Source: Planctomycetota bacterium | Lineage (GTDB): Bacteria; Planctomycetota; GCA-002687715; DRQF01 | Length of the DNA stretch: 64,000 nt | Assembly (NCBI GenBank): GCA_036479435.1 | Contig: JAZGFI010000288.1 | Location: 3,669 to 67,668, forward strand | Direction: 5' to 3' | In this document: piece by piece, positions 11,271-21,500 of the stretch | Layout: each line of letters starts with the position of its first letter | Position numbering within the stretch: position 1 is the first letter of the stretch | The notes under the pieces: model-generated | The model's database searches: none | The model's input: only the letters and a program-made list of their open reading frames with translations | What the model was told of the DNA's origin: nothing | Translations under genes and position numbers: made by a program

Positions 11271-11688
11271 GCTTCGAAGTGCCCTGGGCTGGATTGCGAT
11301 CTCAATGAGTCTCTTCGGTATTTCCTGCGCCGGGGTAGAACCCGGCAAAACCGGGGAGCCCATGGTCGGCTCCAATCTCGAGACGATCGCTCCGATCGAA
11401 GTCGTGGGCCCACGGCGGCGCGTGGCCGTATACGTTCGTCCGGATAGTCAACAAACCGTGGTTCAAATTGGTTCCACGACGGTGATCTTTCGCGACCACG
11501 CCGGATACCATGGCCGCATCACGCCCTCGGCGGGATGGCTGCGAATCGGCGATCTCAACCTCAATTATCGCCAAAAGAAGCTTCAGATTCGCAGTCGGCG
11601 AGGCTGGGCTAACTTTGATCTCGGTGAGGGGCTAGCGCTCTACGCAGGGCAGGACGGACAGATCGGTCGAAGCATTTTTCGCCCCTAG
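11260..11688 (+). CDS. Hypothetical lipoprotein
   Basis: Hydrophobic leader with GISC lipobox; beta-rich body; overlaps the J-protein stop. Confidence 0.6.
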   Translation: MINELRSALGWIAISMSLFGISCAGVEPGKTGEPMVGSNLETIAPIEVVGPRRRVAVYVRPDSQQTVVQIGSTTVIFRDHAGYHGRITPSAGWLRIGDLNLNYRQKKLQIRSRRGWANFDLGEGLALYAGQDGQIGRSIFRP

Positions 11689-11755
11689 GCCGCAGCGGCT
11701 GGAAAGAAGGGGGTCGGGCACCTATCCTGCAAGTCTAACAACAGGGAGCCCCGAC

Positions 11756-13516
<1,761 letters not shown>

Positions 13517-13525
13517 TGTCAGTTG

Positions 13526-13594
13526 GGTGCCAGGCACCACGCCGTCACTTTTCCGTGCCTGGCACCGCAGAGTGACGGCGTGGTGCCTGGCACC
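13526..13594. repeat. Perfect 24-bp inverted repeat built from GGTGCCWGGCACC palindromes (REP-like; may also act as a terminator)
   Basis: ggtgccaggcaccacgccgtcact (13526-13549) pairs with agtgacggcgtggtgcctggcacc (13571-13594); a third gtgcctggcacc lies in the loop; located between convergent genes. Confidence 0.9.
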
Positions 13595-13613
13595 GAATGT
13601 GATTTTTGTGATT

Positions 13614-14069
13614 TTAGTGCAGCCAGGGTTCGTAGCGGCGGGAGGGGTTTGACACCACCAAGGTACCCGCTTCGATCGGGCGCAGCCTCGGGTCGAGTTC
13701 GTAGGCGGCTTCGATATCGTCGTCGCCTTCGCCTTCATCCCCGACCTCATTCAACAGCAGGCCTCGTACCCACAATGCCAAGGCGAATTCAGGATCGTAC
13801 TCGATAGCGAGGTCGTAGGCCTCAAGGGCCTGCTCCAGTTCACCCATTTCTTCGAGCGCGGAACCAATGCCGTACTGGGCTCCGGCGTATTTTGGGCGCA
13901 TCAAAAGCGCCTGGCGGAAGCTCGCCAGGGCGTCGTCCGGTTTGTCGTCGCGGATGGAGTCGAAGCCCTTGCGACAAAGAACCTGGGCTCCCCCACGCTC
14001 GAAGGCAACCTCGTCGTTGCCGCAACTCAAAGCGCTCGCAAGAACGAAAAACAACAGGAACGCGCGCAT
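13614..14069 (-). CDS. TPR lipoprotein
   Basis: ALSC lipobox and three TPRs (AQYGIGSALEEMGELEQALEAYDLAIEYDP). Confidence 0.85.
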   Translation of the reverse strand: MRAFLLFFVLASALSCGNDEVAFERGGAQVLCRKGFDSIRDDKPDDALASFRQALLMRPKYAGAQYGIGSALEEMGELEQALEAYDLAIEYDPEFALALWVRGLLLNEVGDEGEGDDDIEAAYELDPRLRPIEAGTLVVSNPSRRYEPWLH

Positions 14070-14189
14070 GGATGAACTCCGCTTGGCCCTCAGTGCCCTC
14101 TTGATGGCAGCGGTGGGCGAATACTCTCAACCGGAGTATCGGCGGGTTGTCAGGCCGAACTTGAATTCGGGGTCCGAAGTCGACCGGGG

Positions 14190-14537
14190 TCATTGCGGGT
14201 TGGTTTCGAGCTCGATGTCAACGGCTCCGTCGCCACCGGCGTCCATCCGAGCCGACTTGTAGTCCAAGACGATGCCATCGCGCTGAAGGCCTGCGAGGAG
14301 GCCCAGTACGGTGGGACGAACCACGGGGCCGCGTGCAGAGTTGCGGCCGCGGCCGGTAATGATGCGGACCCTAGCCCAGCCGCGGCGGCGGGCGTCTTCA
14401 AGAAAGTCGCGCGCCAAGCGCCGAATATCCGTCGGGCTCAACACGCCTCGATCGTGAAAATCAAAACTCGCCTTCGGTTCGTTCAAGTGCGCGTAGCGAT
14501 TTTCGGCGCGTGGCCGGTCTTTTTTCTTCTTGGCCAT
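14190..14537 (-). CDS. Standalone Smr domain protein
   Basis: FDFHD...ARDFLEDA...VRIITGRGRNS...VVRPTV...AGGDGA. Confidence 0.88.
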   Translation of the reverse strand: MAKKKKDRPRAENRYAHLNEPKASFDFHDRGVLSPTDIRRLARDFLEDARRRGWARVRIITGRGRNSARGPVVRPTVLGLLAGLQRDGIVLDYKSARMDAGGDGAVDIELETNPQ

Positions 14538-14549
14538 CGCCGCTGCGCC

Positions 14550-16199
14550 TTAGGTTTCTGAATTCGGATCTAAGAGCCGCTCGATCCCATCGCGTTGCTG
14601 GGGTGACAGGGTTTCGAGTTCGAGGCGGCTCGCGAGGATCTGGGCTTCGCGCCTTTCGGCGGGACCTTTGCCCGTCAAGTGATGTACCAAGGCGAAGCGA
14701 CTTTGCGAACTGAGTGCTCCGGAAGACTCGAGATGGCTCGCGAGTGTGTAGCCTGTCGTGCGGGCTAGGGGCGCTAGGATGTCGATGCACCTTCGAAAGT
14801 GCGAATTCTCAAGCGCGAAGTTGGATTCCGCCGCGGCAAGATTGGCCAAGGCCAGATTGAGACGGTTCTCATGATCTGACAAGCGAAGCCGAACCAAGGG
14901 CTGAAGCAGCGCAATGACGAAACTGAAGTTCCTCTCCCTCAAATACTGGATGGCAAGGGCGCTCAGGCTTTCGTTGAGTTGCTCCGGATCGTGGCGCGCG
15001 AGAAAAACTAGCGGGGGTGATTCCCCCCGGTCTGGTTCCTTAGCTTGCGATTCGACATAGGCTCCTAACACGGCCTCAAAACGTGCAGCGGTCAAGGTGT
15101 CGCGACTGAGATTCGCGAGTTCGGCGATTTCGGAAGGGAGATAGCGCGACCGCCTTTGACCCATCGCTTCCATCAAGATGTCGGCTCCCTCAGGGAGATC
15201 GCTAAGGCGCCAAATCGAAAGCTGGCGTAGGCGCGAGTGCCTTGAGTAGAGATGCTCTTCGAGGTCAGGGATGGCGCCGGCACCGAGCTGTTGTGCCAAG
15301 GCCCCGAGTGCAAACTCAGCGACTAAAAAGTGCTCGGACTTCAGAAGCTCGCGCAGGCAATCGGCGTCGAGCCCGGTATTATCGTGTGCGGCAAGTGCGC
15401 TCAGCGAGGGCCGGATGATGCTGTCCACTCCTGATTCTTGCAGATAGGGCAAGACTTGCTCGCGAAGCCTTGAGACTTCTTCTCGGCTCAGTGACAGGAA
15501 GCAAAGCGCCTTAAGCGCGTGTTTGCGAACGCCCGCAGCTTGCTCGGGAGTCGTGAAGAACAGCGCGCCCTCCAAAGTGCTGGCCGAAGGCACACACTCT
15601 AGTAGTCGCAGCGAAGTGATGACAACGTGCTCACAGGCCTCCGATCCGAGCGTTCGCTGCCTTGTGAGTTCGGCCCCAACGCGTTCGCAGGCGTAGTTTC
15701 TGAGTTCTTCGGGCATCTTTGGGAGATTCTCAAGCAGGCAGACACTCATGGCCCGGGCCTGTTCCCAAGTGCAGTCAGCGAGTCGGTCGAACAACATCGC
15801 CAAGGATTCATGGTGAGGGATGCCAGCCAGCGCTTTGATGTAGCCGCCGGAGCGCCAGCCCTTTTCGTCTCGGTGCCGGTCGCGAATCGCGGGCAATGCG
15901 TCGAGCGCGAATTCACGCAACACGTTGACCACTTGCTCGGCCAAAGAACCGGGTTCTTCAAGGAAACCCAAAATCGACGGCAAGATGGACGGATCGTTGC
16001 TGGCTCCCAAGGCGTCGATGAAGTAGCTCGCCTCAGAGCGCGCCGCAGAGCTGAGGTGAACTTGCAGGGCGTCAAGAGTTGCCGGCGATACGGGGCGCAG
16101 ACGGCCCAAGACCAAAGCTGCAGCGGAGCGTAGCTCGTGGTCGCCAGAATTGAGCAGCCTCAGGATCTGCTTCAAGTTGGAATCAGCTTCGAGAGTCAC
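14550..16199 (-). CDS. HEAT/ARM repeat protein
   Basis: LRSAAALVLGRL, IDALGASNDPSILPSIL, VRKHALKAL; all-helical. Confidence 0.7.
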   Translation of the reverse strand: MTLEADSNLKQILRLLNSGDHELRSAAALVLGRLRPVSPATLDALQVHLSSAARSEASYFIDALGASNDPSILPSILGFLEEPGSLAEQVVNVLREFALDALPAIRDRHRDEKGWRSGGYIKALAGIPHHESLAMLFDRLADCTWEQARAMSVCLLENLPKMPEELRNYACERVGAELTRQRTLGSEACEHVVITSLRLLECVPSASTLEGALFFTTPEQAAGVRKHALKALCFLSLSREEVSRLREQVLPYLQESGVDSIIRPSLSALAAHDNTGLDADCLRELLKSEHFLVAEFALGALAQQLGAGAIPDLEEHLYSRHSRLRQLSIWRLSDLPEGADILMEAMGQRRSRYLPSEIAELANLSRDTLTAARFEAVLGAYVESQAKEPDRGESPPLVFLARHDPEQLNESLSALAIQYLRERNFSFVIALLQPLVRLRLSDHENRLNLALANLAAAESNFALENSHFRRCIDILAPLARTTGYTLASHLESSGALSSQSRFALVHHLTGKGPAERREAQILASRLELETLSPQQRDGIERLLDPNSET

Positions 16200-16993
16200 G
16201 AAGGGCCTTCTTCGTCCGGCGTCGATGCCGCCTCGTCGCGAGGCCTTGGGAGTAGGGCGCGGCCATCGATGAGCTTTTGGATGCGCCGTACCAAGCCGAA
16301 GATGTGCCTCGTGTCGCGAGTTTGAATGGGTGCCGTCCTCAGTAGCCGCGCCATGGAGCCCTCGATGGCCTGGCGGCTGCCATCATGGAGATAGCCGGTG
16401 TTCTCGCAGCAGGCAATCAACTCGCCGTAAAGTCGCTGTAGGGTTTCATCGTCCGCGACGGAGCCGAGGGCCGTCGAGGCCGATACGCTAAGTTCAGGGG
16501 CGGCTTGAAAAAGTTCGTAGGCCACGACCATCACCGCCTGGGAGAGATTCAAGGAAGTGCGGTGGGCGCTGGTCTCGGCGGAGATCACCATTTGGCAACG
16601 AGTGAGTTCTTCGGCGAACAAGCCAAAGTCCTCGCGTCCGAAAAGCAGGGCGACTTTCCCGCGCCCCGCCTCCTGAAGAATGCGCGGTGCCGCGGCCCGT
16701 GGCGTCGCCGTTGGCCGCCGATGTCGCTCTCGCGCCGTGGTGCCGACGAGAAAACTGCAGTCGCTCACTGCATCGTCAAAAGTCGAAACGACTGTCGCTG
16801 ATTCGAGGACGTCGTGGGCCCCGACCCCCATTTCGCGGCATTCGTCATGCTCCAGCCAGGACTTTCCCAGCAAACGCAGGTCGCGTAGGCCGAAATTTTT
16901 CATCGCTCGGGCCGTCGACCCGACGTTACGCGGGCCCTTTGGCTCGACGAGAACCACGCGGATGCGATCGAAAACCGAATTCTCTGAGCTCAC
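16196..16993 (-). CDS. trmJ: SPOUT tRNA methyltransferase, TrmJ/LasT family
   Basis: IRVVLVEPKGPRNVGSTARAMKNFG, VGTTAR, LFGREDFGL, SLNLSQAV. Confidence 0.9.
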   Translation of the reverse strand: MSSENSVFDRIRVVLVEPKGPRNVGSTARAMKNFGLRDLRLLGKSWLEHDECREMGVGAHDVLESATVVSTFDDAVSDCSFLVGTTARERHRRPTATPRAAAPRILQEAGRGKVALLFGREDFGLFAEELTRCQMVISAETSAHRTSLNLSQAVMVVAYELFQAAPELSVSASTALGSVADDETLQRLYGELIACCENTGYLHDGSRQAIEGSMARLLRTAPIQTRDTRHIFGLVRRIQKLIDGRALLPRPRDEAASTPDEEGPS

Positions 16994-17157
16994 GAAGGCA
17001 TTCCTCGAAACATCAACCCTTGAGCGTGCGATTTGGCTCGCTCCCTTACAATAGCCGATCCGAATCCAAGCGACGATGGACTCTGCGGAGTGAAAAACCG
17101 ATAATCGAAGGCGAGTGGACTCGGTGCCATGATGGGCGCCCCTAGAAAGGTAACTGC

Positions 17158-18342
17158 ATGTTTCGAATTCTAACGACTTCGGTCCTGATCGCGCTTACAA
17201 CTCTCAGCCTCGGTGCCCAGCGTCGCGGCCCAAGCGCCGAACCATCGCGGGCAGGGAAAGGCTCCAAGATCTTCATCGTCCGTCCGAGCGCAGCTTTTGA
17301 GGGGCGCATCATCAAGCGTCTCAAGTCGAAGATCATTGTCGAGACGGCCTTGGGGCGACGCGAGATCGAGAGGGGCGCCCTGATCGAAGACAAGGATGCC
17401 GCAGCACTATTGGATCGCTATGCGAAGCGCCTTCAAAAACTCGACCGGCGCGATCTTAAGGCACGCAGGGTCTTGGCACTTTGGTGCGAACGCGTCGGAT
17501 TGACTTCTGGTCTCGCCGAACAACTCGAGGCCATCTTGAAACGGGCGCCGAACGACGCCAAGGCGTGGTCAACTCTAAAGCGCTTGTCCCCGGCATTTCG
17601 ACCGGCAGCGCGCAATGTAGTGCCAGCGGAGAAGAACCGCTGGTCGCGCAAGGAGGTCGATCTACTGATGGCAGGGCTTCGGCGCACGTCGCGCGTTCGC
17701 GCCGCCATCCTCTGCGAGCGCCTGCGCGGTCTTCCCGAAGAAGTCATTACCAATCCTTTGCTTAAGGCCGCGGCAAAAGGCTCTCGGAACGAGCGCCTCG
17801 TCGCCTCGCGCCTGCTCGGAAACCTCAAGACGACACGGCGCGTCAAGCCTCTTTATCGCCGAGCGCTTGCGGACCCCGTGTGGTCGGTTCGCGAAGCAGC
17901 CGTGCAGTCGCTGAAGAGGCGTGATGATGGCAGCACTATTGGCCCGTTCTTAAAGGTGTTGTTGCAAGCGCCGCGGGCTCAGCACCGACTTTATGCGGCC
18001 GAAGCTTTGGGACAGCTGGGTGACCGGCGTGCGGTACCGGCCCTTCTTCGCGCTCTGCGCGCGGCGGGCGACAACCCCGTAGCTCGTTCCAACTTGACGT
18101 TCACCCGCCAGATCGCGTACATCAAGGACTTTGATGTCGAAGTGGCTCAAGGGGCGGTGATTGCGGATCCCATCGTCGGCATCGTGCAAGAGGGAGTCGT
18201 TCTCGACGTGGCCCTCGTCGCGATCACGGTCCAACGGCGTACGATCGGCGCCGCCTTAGGCCGGCTCACTGGCCAAAATTTCGGCGGTGACCACCGCAAG
18301 TGGTCTGCCTGGTGGGCTAAGAACAAAGCCACCTTCGCTTGA
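17158..18342 (+). CDS. Exported HEAT repeat protein with a C-terminal beta-hairpin insert
   Basis: Signal peptide; HEAT repeats (VREAAVQSL, RLYAAEALGQLGDRRAVPALL); ALGRLTGQNFG..W.AWW C-terminus. Confidence 0.8.
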   Translation: MFRILTTSVLIALTTLSLGAQRRGPSAEPSRAGKGSKIFIVRPSAAFEGRIIKRLKSKIIVETALGRREIERGALIEDKDAAALLDRYAKRLQKLDRRDLKARRVLALWCERVGLTSGLAEQLEAILKRAPNDAKAWSTLKRLSPAFRPAARNVVPAEKNRWSRKEVDLLMAGLRRTSRVRAAILCERLRGLPEEVITNPLLKAAAKGSRNERLVASRLLGNLKTTRRVKPLYRRALADPVWSVREAAVQSLKRRDDGSTIGPFLKVLLQAPRAQHRLYAAEALGQLGDRRAVPALLRALRAAGDNPVARSNLTFTRQIAYIKDFDVEVAQGAVIADPIVGIVQEGVVLDVALVAITVQRRTIGAALGRLTGQNFGGDHRKWSAWWAKNKATFA

Positions 18343-18549
18343 GCTGCTAAACCTCTGCAAGGTAATTGCTTAGGCTAGCTCGGCCCGAATTCGTATCCCT
18401 TTTCCGCGGGCTCCCTGAAATCCCCTTTTTAAGGTGCGGTTCAGGCTAGACACGAGTCTGGCCGATGAAGACCGAGATGGTGAACCGCGCCTTTTCTGAG
18501 GTGTGGTCCAGTTATTGACCTAGGTAGAGCCGGGGCGGCAGGGACGAGG

Positions 18550-21500
18550 ATGAAGAACCAACTCATCGATAAATTCTCCAAAGTCGGGAGACTTGAAGTC
18601 CGGCTTAGGGAGATCGTCGCCCGAGCCGACGACGGAGAAGTCACGTCGATGGATGCCGGCGACCTTATCGGTCGCCAAATCGTGGCCTTCATCGAAGCTC
18701 AGCCGGACGCCGACTCGGAACTCAAAAACCTTCATCTCGATGCGGAGCTTGCGCGCGGTGTTCTCTACCAGCGCAGCAACGGCGCGACACCTCTTGAAGC
18801 CGCCGAGTCGCTGACCGAAGCTCATCGCCTGATGAAGATCCTCGGCAAAGACCAGGAGAACTTGGACCGCCTCATCGAGCCGACCTGGAAGAACTACGAG
18901 GACTTGGTGGAAATCGGTTCTCGGCGCACTTCTTGGTCAAGCCTACAAGTAATCTTTGATGTTCTCGAGGATAGCGAAGCCCACCGTTCGCTTCGCCCGA
19001 AAGTGGTTGAGGCCTTTGCAACCCTGGCCGCTGAATTTGATGAGGACTGTGAAATCGGTGGCGCCATTGCGCGCGTTCTCGAAATCTCCAAATGGGGCCG
19101 TGACGAGGCGCCCGAGGCTTTGGCCAAACTGCTGACCTTCATGCCAAGACTGCTCCAGATGGAGCTCGCCCATATTGACACCGACATTGCCTTGCAGGCC
19201 TTTCTTTACGGCTCGAAGAACGATGCGGAACTTGAAGTTGAGACCTACGAACATCTCGTTCGCCGTCTTATCGACGATGGTCGCCGCGACACCGAGGTGC
19301 GGATGGTCTATAAGGCCTTCTTAGAGCACCACCCCGAGCGTCACACCAAGATCGACGCGGCCCTTAGACGTCTTGCTCACGTTCATCCCGACCCCACGTT
19401 CTCGCACGATCCCGACCTCGACGGCTTGAATCAGCTCTGTTGCGAAGTTTTTGGTGCCAACGCGATTTGGCCCTGGCGCAATCGCGCCCTCATGATGAGG
19501 CGCAAATCCGATCTTGTCGGCGCCGTGTCCTGTCTCGCCAAAGCCATGAACATCTCGGGTGAACCGCCGGATCTGATCGGCCTTTTGGCTCCGGTCTTGT
19601 ATCGCATGGGGTTTCTAAGGTCGGCCAAGGAGTTCGCTCGATTCGCTCCCGCGGCGGAGCGCCAGCGTTTTCGCCTTCGCACGCTCGACTTGCTCGAGGC
19701 CGTGCCGCGAACTGACCGCGGGGCCGAGAAACTCGTTGGTGTCTTGGAAATGGCCTTGGCCGAACCCGAACTGCCCCCGGAGTTTCGCCCCGGGCTAAGC
19801 CGCCGGATTGCAGAGCTCCAACTTGAACTCGGCAACACAGACCGCGCGCTGGCGCTCTTCACGCAGATTCTAGACGACGACCCCAGCGACGAAGTCGCCG
19901 CAGTCCGGCTCGCAGAAATTGAAGCCAGTCGAGGACGCACGGGAAAGGCCCGAACCCTGATCTCGGGCGATCTTTCGGCTCGCGTCACTCCCTGGGTCAA
20001 GTTCATCGAGAGCTTGATGGCAGAATTCGAAGAAGACCTAAGCCTCGCTCACCAGCGAGTCTGTGAGGCCATTGCGAGCCTCCCTGAAGCTCACGATGCG
20101 GGCCGTCTTCACTGCCAAAAAGCCTTTGCCATCCTCGACAAGCGCATTCGCGACGATCACGGTGAGGCGGTCGCAAACGGTCCTTTGCTCTCGATGTTGC
20201 AAACGGATGTATTCGGCGCGGTTCACGAAGACTTGGCGAGCTTGACGCCTCGGCTCGAGCAACGCCGCCTGGAACTAAGCCTTCGCGCTGGAGACTTATC
20301 ACAGGCCGAAGAGGCCATCACGGCGATCTCGAGTCGCAATCCCGATCACGCCGATGTGTTGATCAACGGCTTGCGTTTGGGGCTTCGAGCCGAGAGCCAA
20401 AAGGACTCGACCTTCTTTCTTGATCAGCTCACCGCCTTGGAGCTTGAACAGACCGCCGAAGTGGCCTTTCTTTTTGGTCTCCATTCAGCTCGTTGGGGCG
20501 AACCAGAATCCGCCCTTGAGCACTTCGAGCGTGCCGTTGAACTGGAGCACGGCGCCCCCGCGATCTTGGCACTGGCCACGATGAAAGCGGAAACCGGAGA
20601 CGAGGCAGGGGCGCTCGAGTTGATAGAGGCCCCAAGGGATGATCAGCACGAGGGCAGTGAGACCCAGCTGCGGCGTTTGGCCCAGATTCGAGGTATTCTC
20701 CTCGAGCGCTCGGGCCGCATGACCGAAGCTCGCGTCGCTTACCAAGGCGCGTCTCGCTTGGGACAAGGTTGGCACGAAGCGCGTCGTCGGGCTGGATTGC
20801 TGAGTTTACAAGAGGGCCTCGCGAAATCAGACGCGGTCTTAGTTCGGGACGCTGTTTCCTGCCTTGAGGGCTTTCGAGATCCCGAGTCCGTCATTGCCGA
20901 AACGCGGGCGCGAGCGGCGCTCGCTAAGACTCCTCGCGAGGCCGCGAGTTTGTTCGAGACCGCGATTAAGCGCGTGGATGCCCGGCATCGACTACTTTTC
21001 GAACGCCTGCGCTTACCTCACCTGCTCGAAGCAGGAGAGTTTGACACCGCTGAACAGATTGCATCCGATCTCCTCGACGACGTGGAGATGGAAGCATCAA
21101 TACGCCAGGGTATTTCGGGCGTTCTGGCCTGGCTGCAACGGCGTCGCATTGTCGACTCCCTGACTTTTATCGATCCGGCTAAGACGGATGACATTGAAAA
21201 AGTCGCCGATGAACTCAGCGAAACCTCTCAGTATGCGGAGGTCATTGGCCTGGACGCCGCCGTTGCGACTCTCCGGCTACTTGTCGACCCCAAGGCCAAA
21301 AAGCCCAAGATAGATGGAGCCAGCGCTCCAGAACTCGTCTTGGCGGCAGCGTTCGCGGTCGGTCTCAGCGACTTGCCATCCCAAAGCTACGATGAACTCG
21401 ACAAGTTGCGGGACGACTTAGAACGTCCGGACCTTGCCGAACTCAGTCGTTATCGACTCGCCGTTGAAGGAGCTGAGTCCGAAGAGCTCGCGGTCGATCG

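Noticed and set aside
18431-18493. Hammerhead ribozyme resemblance (ccgatga...gaa)
   Set aside because: The core reads CCGAUGA and GAAC rather than CUGAUGA and GAAA, and the stem III-to-stem I linker would be about 6 nt instead of one.
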